DNA of 64,000 nt, taken from positions 1 to 64,000 of the IMG/VR virus record IMGVR_UViG_3300036846_000489. One strand, written 5' to 3'. The position numbers and the translations under genes were made by a program. Positions 19,272-29,063 of the stretch are shown here, piece after piece (within the stretch, counting starts at the first letter, position 1; each line of letters opens with the position of its first letter). The notes beneath the pieces are model-generated. The model was not told the origin of the DNA and searched no databases. It saw only the letters and a program-made list of their open reading frames with translations. Source of the stretch: a virus.

Positions 19272-21566
19272 ATGCCGGGCCTAGCGCTGTCTGATGTCGT
19301 CAACGTCAGTGTGAACCTTACACCACTCGCCGTGCCGGTGCGCAACTTCGGCGTTCTGTGCATCGCCGGGGCGTCGGACGTGATCGACGTGGAAGAGCGG
19401 GTGCGGGAATACGCTACGCTCGACGAGGTGGTCTCGGACTTCGGCTCCACCGCGCCGGAATATCTGGCGGCCGATCTGTATTTTTCGCAAAATCCCACGC
19501 CGTCGATCTGCTATATTGGGCGGTTCGCACAAACGCCCACGTCGGCCATTCTGAAAGGCCAGATTTTCTCGACGGCCCAACAGACCCAGCTTTTGACTTC
19601 GTTGAACACGATCACCAACGGCACCATGACGATCCCCATCGACGGGTCGCCGCGTCCGGTCGGTCCTTCGGCTGCCGTGCTGTCTTCCGGGTTCTTCACC
19701 GCCACCGACCAGACCAATCTTCTCACCACCTTGCAGGGTATTAACAACGGCGCGTTCACCATCACGGTCAACGGCACCTTGCAGCATCCGGCCACCATCG
19801 ACTTCACGTCGATCCTGACCCTTACCGATGCGGCCACCAAGGTTCAGGCGGCCTTGACCAATGCGACCTGTGTGTGGAGTGCCTCGCAGGGAGGCTTCAT
19901 CATTACGTCCTCGACCCAGGGCACGGCTTCGACCTTGAGCTATGCCAGCCCACCGTCCGGCACACCGATCAATACCACGACCACCGCCTCGGTGGCCTCC
20001 GGTGCCACGGTGATCCCGGTTGCCACCACCACGGGAATGCTGGCGAACATGCCGATTGCCGCCACGGGCATTCCGGCAGGAGCCACCATCACCACGGTCT
20101 CTACCACCATGCCGATCATTACAACCACGACCGGCGTGGTCGCCTCTGGTGCCACCGTCATACCGGTCGCGTCGGCGGCGGGGATGGTTGCGGGTCAGCC
20201 GATTGCTGCTACCGGTATTCCGGCCAGCACGACCATTGTCTCGATTGCTTCACTTAACGTCACGATTTCGGCGGCAACCAATGCATCCATCGCGTCCGGT
20301 GCCACAATCACCGTCACGGCGACTTCGCCCAACGTCACCATCTCAACCCCGACCACCGCAACCATGGCGTCCGGCACGGCAGTTGTCGTCACCCCTCCCG
20401 GTGTCGGCACCGACGTTTCCGGCGATCTGCGGTTCACCGCGACCACTGGCGCCTTTCTGACCCAAGGCACGGCGGGTATGAACTTCACGGGAATTACCAA
20501 CCTCAACGGTGCGGCTTCCATCGTCTCATCGGCCCTTTTGGGCGCTCACTGTCATTGGGATGGACAGCGTTTCATTGTGGAATGCACCAGCGCTGGCACC
20601 GCGTCCACCTTGGGATACGCCAGCGGCACCGGATCGGGACAGGATGTTTCGGTTCTTCTGGGGTTGACCAATGGCCGGGCCTTGCCTCCGGTCAATGGTA
20701 TTGCGGCGGAAACACCTTTGGCCTGTGCCACCGCGTTGCGTGCTCATCCCGAATGGTATGGCCTGACCTTTGCGCCGCCGGCCAACCTGCCGCTGGCGGT
20801 CACCGATCAGATCGCGGTCGCGGGGTTCATCGAAGGCTGTCAGCCGTATTCTATTTTCGGCTACACCACCCAGGACACTCTCGTTCTGTCCGGCACGGTG
20901 AACAACGATATTGCATCGTCCATGCAATCGCTCGGCTTTACCCGCACCTTTGGTCAATACAGCCTTTCCTCGCTTTATGCGGTGTGCGCCATGTTCGGAC
21001 GCGCCTTCACCGTGGACTTCCAGGGCCAGAACACGGTGATTACCTTGAAGTTCAAGCAGGAGCCGGGCGTGGCGGCAGAGCAGTTGACCGAGACGCAGGC
21101 CAGCGTGCTGAGAACGAAACGGTGCAACGTATTCGTGGGATACGCCAACGATGCGGCGATTATCCAGGAAGGCGTCATGGCGTCGGGAATGTTCTTCGAC
21201 GAACGGCACAATGCCGACTGGCTGCAAAACCAAATCTCTACCGATCTCTTCAACGCGCTCTACACCAGTCCCACGAAAATCCCGCAGACCGATGCCGGCG
21301 TTCACGTGTTGACCACGACGGTCGCGAACTCCTGTGCTCAAGGGGTGCAGAACGGCATGATCGCGCCGGGGCAGTGGAACGGGCCGCCGCTGGGGCAGAT
21401 CAGCACCGGCCAACAGCTTCCTGCTGGCTTCTACGTCTACGCTCCCAGGGTGGCGACGCAACCGCAGAGTATCCGGGAGCAGAGGATTTCGCCGACCATT
21501 CAGGCATTGGTGAAACTGGCCGGGGCAATCCACTTCGCCGACTGCATCGTCAACGTCAACCGCTGA
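19272..21566 (+). CDS. Tail sheath protein (DUF3383) with nested domain insertions
   Basis: DFGSTAPEYLAA.LYFSQ, TLKFKQEPGV, KIPQTDAG, KLAGAIH. Confidence 0.92.
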   Translation: MPGLALSDVVNVSVNLTPLAVPVRNFGVLCIAGASDVIDVEERVREYATLDEVVSDFGSTAPEYLAADLYFSQNPTPSICYIGRFAQTPTSAILKGQIFSTAQQTQLLTSLNTITNGTMTIPIDGSPRPVGPSAAVLSSGFFTATDQTNLLTTLQGINNGAFTITVNGTLQHPATIDFTSILTLTDAATKVQAALTNATCVWSASQGGFIITSSTQGTASTLSYASPPSGTPINTTTTASVASGATVIPVATTTGMLANMPIAATGIPAGATITTVSTTMPIITTTTGVVASGATVIPVASAAGMVAGQPIAATGIPASTTIVSIASLNVTISAATNASIASGATITVTATSPNVTISTPTTATMASGTAVVVTPPGVGTDVSGDLRFTATTGAFLTQGTAGMNFTGITNLNGAASIVSSALLGAHCHWDGQRFIVECTSAGTASTLGYASGTGSGQDVSVLLGLTNGRALPPVNGIAAETPLACATALRAHPEWYGLTFAPPANLPLAVTDQIAVAGFIEGCQPYSIFGYTTQDTLVLSGTVNNDIASSMQSLGFTRTFGQYSLSSLYAVCAMFGRAFTVDFQGQNTVITLKFKQEPGVAAEQLTETQASVLRTKRCNVFVGYANDAAIIQEGVMASGMFFDERHNADWLQNQISTDLFNALYTSPTKIPQTDAGVHVLTTTVANSCAQGVQNGMIAPGQWNGPPLGQISTGQQLPAGFYVYAPRVATQPQSIREQRISPTIQALVKLAGAIHFADCIVNVNR

Positions 21567-21577
21567 GGGGCACAGCC

Positions 21578-23722
21578 ATGGGCAAGCCGCCGACCAGGAA
21601 GCCACCGGAAGGGCATCAGCCTCCCGGCCACGGCGGCACGCCCCCAGGGCAAGGCCCTGGAGGCCCTCCGGGCCAGGGGCCGGGTGGACCCCCAGGCCAG
21701 AGGCCAGACCGGCCTGAGCGGCCTCCTGAGCCGCCTGTAGACGCGGCTCCCGAGCATCCCATCGTCATCCCTCCCGAGGTTCCTCCCGAGCCGCCGGTAG
21801 ATGCCGCACCTGAACATCCCATTGTTATTCCGCCAGAACCGGAACAGCCGCCGGAAGAGATCACCCCGCCCGATCCACCGCCAGCCGGCACGTTGCAGGC
21901 CATCGTTGACCTGAGCGGCGGGCAGTTCGTCTACAACGAAGCGGATGGCACCGATGTCGGAACCTACCAAGACCCTGACGGGCGCTTCGCGGAACGCTGC
22001 ACCCGCACGGTTAGCACGGACTGTCCTATCCGCGTTGATTTCCGCAGGATGGAAGGGCGTGTCTCTGTCGTGTTCGGCCAAGGAGCCTGGAACGAACCAA
22101 CCCACCTTAACCTGCCACGCTATCGCGTCACCATCGTCGGAGACGAACTAACCTCTCCGGTCGAGATCGACGTGCCCAGCCATGGTTCCTATCAGCGGCA
22201 CCGCTGGTATTCGAACGACTGGCCGCTGCCGATGCGGAAGATGTCCGACATCTACGACAAAAAGCTCATGCCGCGCTTCGATCCCGACCTCACCCGTGGC
22301 ACCGACCCCTACCCTGGCCGACAATACCACTATACCCCGATGGGACTGGCCGGCCTTTTCGCCTACATGCCGACCACGGGCGGACGCGGCGACATTGGCC
22401 ACGTCACCAGTGCACAGGGCCATTATATGGCGAACGAGGACAATCCCGACGCGCTGGCCGACGTGATGGCACAGGCCGAAGCAGCCGGCACATTCACCTG
22501 GGATTTTTATGACCGGGACACGGGTGCGGTGATCGACCCGATCATGGGATACCCACAATCGACGCTTTACAGCGAACAGGCCGGCACGCCTTACATCACG
22601 TGGTCATTGGCTTCGAATTGGGTCGATGTGACTATTTCTGGCCCTGCGGGCACCGTGCTGTCGGCCAACGGCAGCCCGCCTGACTGGAACATGGTGGTCG
22701 ATGCCTTTGGTGTGGAATGTCGTGTGCCGGTCGATACCATGATCCCGGCCAGTGGCTCGGTGACGGTAAGCTGCGAGGTCTATGGCACTTCGACACCGGG
22801 TCCCGCCTCGATCAATCCTCCGGTCGAGGGTGTCAGCGCGGAAATCTCGGACAATTTCGTGCCCGGCACCGGCATCTATCTCGACAGCGCACACCAGCCG
22901 GCCGTGAGCTACCTGCCGTTTCTGCTGACCGGCGATCCGTATCATCTGGAAAATCTGCAACGGCAAGCCGTCTTCATCATCATGGAAAATCCAAGCGCAC
23001 CAGTCCGGTCCTACGGCGTGCTTCAGCCGAGAGCCACCGGCTGGTCGGCGCGCACGCTTGCCGCCGTTACACGGGTGTCTCCGGAAAATCCACCATCATG
23101 GCTTCTGCCTCGCTCGATTTTCCATCAGGCGCTGAAGGACTGGGCAGCCAACTTCGTTTACAATGAGACCGTGTTGAACGGTGATCCCATTGCCGATGTG
23201 CTGCACCTTGCCTCACGCAGCTTCGCTGGCGGCGAAGACAATACCTATTCGTGGTATCAGCCATGGCAGGAAGACATCTGCTCCGGCGGCTGGGGATGGA
23301 TCGCACTGCTGCATCCGGACATGGCGCAATGGCGGGAAATCGTTGACTGGAAGGCACGGAACGCGATTGCCCGACTGGATGAGAACTCTGGTTGGTCTTG
23401 TCCTTATGCGTCCAGCTATGTCGCGAAAGCCGCCGTCACCGACCTGTCCGACGTTTACACGTCCTGGTCCGATGCCTGGGCCGGAAATGCGCCGTTCCTG
23501 GGCGATCCGAGACCAGCGGAATATTCGCCTGACTATCCACCATTCAGCGGCGACATGGACTATCCTGGCTATTTGTCCTGCTCGTTGGCAATCGCATGGC
23601 AGGCCGGTGTGGCCGACGTTGAGCAAGCCCTGATTAAATTGGAGACCGGCCTGATCGCCGGGCTGGAGCAGGGCAGCACCGTGAGACCGATCAAGCAGGC
23701 CATCGCCGGACCTATGGGTTAA
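21578..23722 (+). CDS. Large protein: Pro-rich PEHPIVIPP N-terminus plus putative alpha/alpha-toroid glycan lyase-like domain
   Basis: TTGGRGDIG, DSAHQPAVSYLPFLLTGD, QPRATGWSARTLA, PWQED motifs; SD GAGG. Confidence 0.55.
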   Translation: MGKPPTRKPPEGHQPPGHGGTPPGQGPGGPPGQGPGGPPGQRPDRPERPPEPPVDAAPEHPIVIPPEVPPEPPVDAAPEHPIVIPPEPEQPPEEITPPDPPPAGTLQAIVDLSGGQFVYNEADGTDVGTYQDPDGRFAERCTRTVSTDCPIRVDFRRMEGRVSVVFGQGAWNEPTHLNLPRYRVTIVGDELTSPVEIDVPSHGSYQRHRWYSNDWPLPMRKMSDIYDKKLMPRFDPDLTRGTDPYPGRQYHYTPMGLAGLFAYMPTTGGRGDIGHVTSAQGHYMANEDNPDALADVMAQAEAAGTFTWDFYDRDTGAVIDPIMGYPQSTLYSEQAGTPYITWSLASNWVDVTISGPAGTVLSANGSPPDWNMVVDAFGVECRVPVDTMIPASGSVTVSCEVYGTSTPGPASINPPVEGVSAEISDNFVPGTGIYLDSAHQPAVSYLPFLLTGDPYHLENLQRQAVFIIMENPSAPVRSYGVLQPRATGWSARTLAAVTRVSPENPPSWLLPRSIFHQALKDWAANFVYNETVLNGDPIADVLHLASRSFAGGEDNTYSWYQPWQEDICSGGWGWIALLHPDMAQWREIVDWKARNAIARLDENSGWSCPYASSYVAKAAVTDLSDVYTSWSDAWAGNAPFLGDPRPAEYSPDYPPFSGDMDYPGYLSCSLAIAWQAGVADVEQALIKLETGLIAGLEQGSTVRPIKQAIAGPMG

Positions 23723-23853
23723 GTCTTGGTGGCACCCCGCGTTTGATCTACCAGCCGGCGCAGAAGCTCGCCTATGGTGATCCCGAGCCGCTTCGCTTCC
23801 CGGCGAAGCCAAGCCACCTGTTGATCTGTAAGCGAGACCGACATACGCTGCAT
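23719..23853 (-). CDS. Ribbon-helix-helix (CopG-like) DNA-binding protein
   Basis: MQRMSVSLTDQQVAWLRREAKRLGITIGELLRRLVD. Confidence 0.7.
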   Translation of the reverse strand: MQRMSVSLTDQQVAWLRREAKRLGITIGELLRRLVDQTRGATKT

Positions 23854-23904
23854 CGCGTAAGCAGTGCCTACGCACCACATCCCGTCAAGTGAAAGGACGT
23901 TTCC

Positions 23905-24477
23905 ATGCCAACCCTCGACGTAGTCATCAGGGGACAAATGGTCCTGCCGGAAGTCAGCACCGGCCCGTTGCCTCCCGGCAGCGGCGGTCATCCCGAGCAT
24001 CCGATCTACAACCCACCTGGGATCAATGTTCCGGTATTCCCGACGTTTCCCATCGTGATCCCGCCGGAGTTCATCGCTGACGTTCATCCCGAGCATCCCA
24101 TTGTCATTCCTCCGCCGCCAATGCCACCGGGCATCTGGCCTTCTCCGGGCCATCCTGCCCATCCTATCGCTCCCGGTGGCAGTCCCGGCCAGCCTGCGCA
24201 TCCTATCGCTCCCGGCGGTGGTCCCAGCCATCCCATCGTGATCCCGCCTGATGTCGATGTCTGGCCGCCGAACGCCAAGCCGGAACATCCCATTGTCGTT
24301 CCGCCGCCGACCACGATCTGGCCGCCGTTGCCGACCCATCCCATCGTGGTGCCTCCCGATGGCCCGCCGGAGGTTCTGGAGAAGTGGGACGTGGTGGCAT
24401 ACTGGACGCCGGCAGGCGGCTGGGCGATGGCCATCGTGCCGACTGAAAGCCATCCCGGTGTTCCGACCCCGGCCTAA
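23905..24477 (+). CDS. PxHPI-repeat Pro-rich protein
   Basis: Seven PxHPI repeats; C-terminal YWTPAGGW; SD AAGGA. Confidence 0.75.
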   Translation: MPTLDVVIRGQMVLPEVSTGPLPPGSGGHPEHPIYNPPGINVPVFPTFPIVIPPEFIADVHPEHPIVIPPPPMPPGIWPSPGHPAHPIAPGGSPGQPAHPIAPGGGPSHPIVIPPDVDVWPPNAKPEHPIVVPPPTTIWPPLPTHPIVVPPDGPPEVLEKWDVVAYWTPAGGWAMAIVPTESHPGVPTPA

Positions 24478-24500
24478 ACCCTCTCTCTGAAGGCAGACCT

Positions 24501-24689
24501 ATGCGCCGTCCGTGGTCTTGGCTGCGGGCGGCGTTTCTGCCTCTCGCGTTCCACCTTGCATCCTGCTCTGGCGCCCTGAACTCACACTCGGCATGTTATG
24601 TGTTCGTGTGGAACGCTATTGTTGCGTGCTGGCCGGAACAGGAGCCACCATCATCCCTGCCGCCGCTCCCACCACCAAAAAAGCCGTAA
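24501..24689 (+). CDS. Small putative lipoprotein
   Basis: Signal-like N-terminus with LASC lipobox, Pro-rich end. Confidence 0.35.
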   Translation: MRRPWSWLRAAFLPLAFHLASCSGALNSHSACYVFVWNAIVACWPEQEPPSSLPPLPPPKKP

Positions 24690-24698
24690 GGAGGTCCT

Positions 24699-25163
24699 AT
24701 GGCAACCGGAAGCACCTATTCGTTCATGGACGTGAACGCCTCCATTGTCGGGCCGGGAGGCTCATTTGCCCTCGGCTACGGCAGTGCAAATGCCGAAGAA
24801 GGCATCACCGTCGCGATGGTCGAGGCCAAGAACACGATGACCATGGGCGCCGATGGATCGTGGATGCACAGCCTTCACGCCGGCAACGGCGGCACCGTGA
24901 CCATTCGGTTCCTTAAGACCAGCCCGACCAACCAGCAACTCATGGAACTCTACGACACCCAGCGGATTAGTTCGGCGTTGTGGGGCCAAAATACCATCGT
25001 CATCTCGGACCCGGCACGCGGCGACAGTATCACCTGTTCCGGGGTCGCGGTGCAGCGGGCACCGAACATTGCCTATGCGAAGGACGGTGGTATTCTGGAA
25101 TGGGTGTTCGACGCCGGGGCAATCAACCACGTGCTCGGTGACGGCACACAGGTCGCCGCATGA
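24699..25163 (+). CDS. Tail tube protein (DUF3277)
   Basis: TYSFMDVNASIVGPGG, GADG..MHSLHA, LKTSPTN; SD AGGAGG. Confidence 0.9.
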   Translation: MATGSTYSFMDVNASIVGPGGSFALGYGSANAEEGITVAMVEAKNTMTMGADGSWMHSLHAGNGGTVTIRFLKTSPTNQQLMELYDTQRISSALWGQNTIVISDPARGDSITCSGVAVQRAPNIAYAKDGGILEWVFDAGAINHVLGDGTQVAA

Positions 25164-25678
25164 TCGAGTTTCGCATCGGCGATCACGTCTACCGGTCCAG
25201 GAAGATGAACGCCTTCCAGCAGTTCCACTGCGCCAGAAGACTGGCTCCGGTGATGTCGGAAGTGTTTACCAATTCCGAGCTTCGCGACGCTCTGGAAGAG
25301 GCACAAGGAAATCGGGCGCCAGCGGCGGACGGCGTAGACCAGGACAGCCTGGAAGGTCTCAAGGGCTTTCTGGTGGTCGCCGTGCCGTTCGCCAAGGCGC
25401 TCAGCCACGTCACCGACGAGGACTGCAATTATGTGTTGCAGATGTGCCTTCAGATGACGCAAAGATTGCAGGGCGGAAACGGCGCGGCACCGATCTGGGT
25501 GGACGTGTTCAGTGAACGGGCGAAGCGCCTGATGTTCGAAGACATGGACAATCTTCCCATGCTCATGCGGATCGTGAACGAGGTCTTGCAGGACAACCTC
25601 ACGGGTTTTTTCTTCGGCGTCTTGCCGGGTGGGGGCGCGACCGAGGGCCTGACCGGAACCCCGACATTGAATTCGTAG
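25160..25678 (+). CDS. Tail assembly chaperone (short form)
   Basis: KMNAFQQFHCARRLAP...LQDNLTGFF. Confidence 0.85.
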   Translation: MIEFRIGDHVYRSRKMNAFQQFHCARRLAPVMSEVFTNSELRDALEEAQGNRAPAADGVDQDSLEGLKGFLVVAVPFAKALSHVTDEDCNYVLQMCLQMTQRLQGGNGAAPIWVDVFSERAKRLMFEDMDNLPMLMRIVNEVLQDNLTGFFFGVLPGGGATEGLTGTPTLNS

Positions 25679-25857
25679 CTCTCGACGACGGCGAGATGTA
25701 TCTGATGCGGCCGGCGCTGCGTGGCGTCTACCGCATGGAAAGCCTGCTGGACGGCACCATTGACCTGGAACACGTTCTGGTCGCCAACGACGCGCTCAAC
25801 GTGAACGACGAGAACGAACAGCGCTTTCATGAATGGCAACTACGGAATAGAGACTGA
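25603..25857 (+). other. Programmed -1 frameshift site and extension frame (long chaperone form)
   Basis: G GGT TTT / T TTT TTC at 25603-25612; -1 frame open to TGA 25855-57 and encodes YLMRP..ESLLDGTIDL..NDAL. Confidence 0.8.
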
Positions 25858-26891
25858 TGGCAAATGGCACAGACGTTAATGCCACGCTGCCGGAAACCAC
25901 GGTCACCGCCAAGCGGGACCCGGTTCCTCCGTCGGCACTATGGATGCGGTTGTGGGACGTGGTAATTGCCGGTGGATCGAGCAGCGATACTCCCGGCGAC
26001 GTCAACGCTCAATCACTGGCACAATTCCACTACCAGTTTGAGATCGACATCAGCGTCTCTCAGGTCATGCAAGGCGCCTTGGTCACGGTGTTCAACCCAC
26101 CACCGGAACTGATCAATGAAAACCTGTCGCAATGGAGCGACATCGCGATTTATGGTGGCTACCAGAAGGCGCGCTATGGCGAACTCTTTTCGGGGAAGAT
26201 CACCTATTTCGAGCACGGGAAACAAAGCCCGTTGGAGACCTACCTGAAAATACATGCCGTCATGAACGACGAAACGCTCACCATTGCCGTGGTCAATCAC
26301 GCCCTGCCCGCCGGCACCACCGGAGACGACATCGTGAACGCCGTCGTGGCCGCCATGGCACCCTACGGCATCACCAAGGGGCAGATCACCGAACTGGCGA
26401 AGAAGATGCCGGCGTCTCCAAGGGGCCGCACGCTGTTCGGGATGCCGATGGACATTCTGCGCGACCTGTCTCAGACCCTCGATGCCCGCGTGTTCATCGA
26501 CACTGGTAAACTCCACATGCTCGGTCCCGGTGAACAGATCACCGGAGACGAGATCGAGTTGAACATCGGCAACGGACTGATCAACTTCCCGTCGCAGGAA
26601 ATGAACGGCGGTCTGAAGCTGCAATGTCTCTTGCACTATCAGGTCCGGCCAGGACGGGTAATCAAGATCAACAACAAGGATTTCAATACCCCGGTCAGGC
26701 AGATCACCAAGGTCAACAACCTGTTGGCGGATCAGGGGCTGGAAGCGTCCAAGGACGCCATTCAGGCGGATGGAAAATACGCGGTTCACACCGTTCGCCA
26801 CCACGGCGATAATCGAGGCCAGACGTGGTATACCGACATTACCACCAATCCGATCATTCAGCCCGGCCTGTCCATCGGCGGTGGAACGTAG
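25857..26891 (+). CDS. Baseplate hub protein
   Basis: GGYQ...GELFSG.I, PRGRTLFG, HHGDNRGQTWY. Confidence 0.8.
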   Translation: MANGTDVNATLPETTVTAKRDPVPPSALWMRLWDVVIAGGSSSDTPGDVNAQSLAQFHYQFEIDISVSQVMQGALVTVFNPPPELINENLSQWSDIAIYGGYQKARYGELFSGKITYFEHGKQSPLETYLKIHAVMNDETLTIAVVNHALPAGTTGDDIVNAVVAAMAPYGITKGQITELAKKMPASPRGRTLFGMPMDILRDLSQTLDARVFIDTGKLHMLGPGEQITGDEIELNIGNGLINFPSQEMNGGLKLQCLLHYQVRPGRVIKINNKDFNTPVRQITKVNNLLADQGLEASKDAIQADGKYAVHTVRHHGDNRGQTWYTDITTNPIIQPGLSIGGGT

Positions 26892-26894
26892 CTC

Positions 26895-29063
26895 ATGGCT
26901 AACGTCCTCGAAGAATACCTTGTCAACATAAAATATGTCGTAGACAGCACCAGCCAGAACAAGGTTCTGGAAGGGCTGAAGCATTTTGCCCATTCGGTTC
27001 TCGGCATTAACGTCGAAGTTCTCACCCTGGCCGGTGCACTGACGGAATTGACCAAGAAACTCGCTGAGGCCGGCGAGAAATGGTATTGGATGGGCCAACA
27101 GATCGGGGCCAGCGTCGGCGACCTGATCTCTGCATCCGACGCCCTGCGGTCGCTCGGAATGTCGTCCGAGGCGGCGGTGGGAAGCCTGAATGCCTTCGCC
27201 TTCTGGACCCGATCCATGGGGCCGGCGGCAATGGCGGTAATGCGTGGCCTGGGCGTCACCGCGACCGACTTCAAAGGCCAACTGCTACAGCTTGGGCCGA
27301 TCCTGGCCCGAATGGGAGGTGCCGACCCGAATAATCCGAATTACTGGCGAGCGCTCCAATGGGAGCAGATGATGCACATCTCGCCGGAACTCGGTCTGCG
27401 CGTGGCACAAGGGAAATTCGCGGACGAGGAGGCCCGACGAAGAGAGGTCGGTGCGACGGTCTGGGGCGTGAAGCCCGGCCAGTTGAACGCACAATACAAG
27501 GAATACGCTGACCAAGCCGAACGCTTCATGAAGGTGATGCACAACTTCGGCTTCGCCTTCGAGGATTTATACAAATATTTCGGGCTGGAACTTTTCAAAC
27601 AACTCACCCCGACGTTCGAGCATATGTTCAAGGTGTTCGAACAGAACATGCCGATGATCCGGAGTTTTCTCCACCTCATCGCCTCGCTGATCGGGGAATT
27701 CTTCCGGCTGGCCGACGCCGCCATCACGCTCACCTCCGCGCTCGCCCACGGGTTCTCCCAACTGCCGGGAATATTCGAGGTGGCGATTGCGGCGCTGACG
27801 CTTCTGGGTGCGCGGCTCTTGATGACCCCCATCGGGAGAATTATTGCCGGGCTGTCGTTCCTGCTCCTGCTGATGGAAGATTACATCGGCTGGCAGCACA
27901 AGATGAAATCCGCCTTCGACTGGTCTTCGGTTGACAAGGCGATCAAGACCAAGCCCGAAGAACGGTCATGGTGGCAGACGGCCCTGCATTATCTCGGGCA
28001 GGTGCTCGATTATTCTCTGGCCATCTGGCTTGGCTGGAAGGTATTTGGCGGCACGATCAGAACCGTGTTCAGGCCCATCGCGGCATTGCTCGGTCGCCTC
28101 GGTCTCGGAACATTGCTCCGTGCCGGCGGCGTGGCGGGAGCCGGCCTGCTGACCGGCGGTCTGGTGCCGGCCACCGCCATTGGCGCCGCCGCTCTGGGCG
28201 GCGCGGAAATCCTCATCGGCGCCGCCATCGGTGCATTGATCTACAAGGCCGGCGAATGGCTGTTCTCCAATACCGAAGTTCAGAACGCCCTGAAGGAAGG
28301 CGCCGAGGGCTTCTGGGATTTCATCAAGGGGCTGTTCGCGAACCAGGAGGAAGCCGATCCGACCGGTGGATCGGTGAACCAGCCGAAAGGTCTGTGGAAC
28401 CGTGTGACCCAAGGAGCGGGTGGCATGGGTCCGGCAGGCGATCCGGTCAAAGAAGCCGACATGATGAAGACCCTGACCAGCAAATACGGGCTGAGCCGGG
28501 AAGATGCCGCCGCGTGGATCACCAACTGGGAAGCCGAAAGCGGTCTTCGCAGCGACATCACCAATCAAGGGGGTGGATATAATCCGGCTTCCACCCGTGC
28601 CTACGGCCTGATGCAATGGATTGGCCCGAGGTTGCAGGCATTGAAGAAATTTGCCGCAGATCGCCATCTAGACATCCGCCAAATGGACACTCAGTTGGCG
28701 TTCTGGTGGCAGGAAACGCACGAGAACCCGACCTACAAGAACATCATGGCACATGTCGCCGCCGCAAAGGGCCGGCATAAGGCCGAAGTTGTATTTCATG
28801 AGGCCGAAAGCGGCGGTGACCCCAGCTTGGAACACGATCTTCCCGGCCACACCAAAAATTGGGAGCGTATTGCTAACCTTCCCGACACCCCTTCCACCGG
28901 CCCGCCAAGAATGGGAGGTGGACCGGTGGTGCAGAACAATAAAACCGACATCAACATCACCCATGGGCCAACTGCCGCCTCCACCGCCGCTGCCGTGGCG
29001 GACAAGCAGGATCAGGTGCATCGTGATCAGGTGCGAACCTTGCGTCACGCGGCGGTGCGATAG
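26895..29063 (+). CDS. Tape measure protein with tail lysozyme domain
   Basis: LEEYLVNI start; helical/hydrophobic core; NWEAESGL...AYGLMQWIGPR...TQLAF. Confidence 0.85.
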   Translation: MANVLEEYLVNIKYVVDSTSQNKVLEGLKHFAHSVLGINVEVLTLAGALTELTKKLAEAGEKWYWMGQQIGASVGDLISASDALRSLGMSSEAAVGSLNAFAFWTRSMGPAAMAVMRGLGVTATDFKGQLLQLGPILARMGGADPNNPNYWRALQWEQMMHISPELGLRVAQGKFADEEARRREVGATVWGVKPGQLNAQYKEYADQAERFMKVMHNFGFAFEDLYKYFGLELFKQLTPTFEHMFKVFEQNMPMIRSFLHLIASLIGEFFRLADAAITLTSALAHGFSQLPGIFEVAIAALTLLGARLLMTPIGRIIAGLSFLLLLMEDYIGWQHKMKSAFDWSSVDKAIKTKPEERSWWQTALHYLGQVLDYSLAIWLGWKVFGGTIRTVFRPIAALLGRLGLGTLLRAGGVAGAGLLTGGLVPATAIGAAALGGAEILIGAAIGALIYKAGEWLFSNTEVQNALKEGAEGFWDFIKGLFANQEEADPTGGSVNQPKGLWNRVTQGAGGMGPAGDPVKEADMMKTLTSKYGLSREDAAAWITNWEAESGLRSDITNQGGGYNPASTRAYGLMQWIGPRLQALKKFAADRHLDIRQMDTQLAFWWQETHENPTYKNIMAHVAAAKGRHKAEVVFHEAESGGDPSLEHDLPGHTKNWERIANLPDTPSTGPPRMGGGPVVQNNKTDINITHGPTAASTAAAVADKQDQVHRDQVRTLRHAAVR

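Noticed and set aside
20555-21577. N-terminal 341 aa of the 1055-aa track ORF
   Set aside because: It overlaps the sheath gene in another frame; the real start is the ATG at 21578 with an SD.
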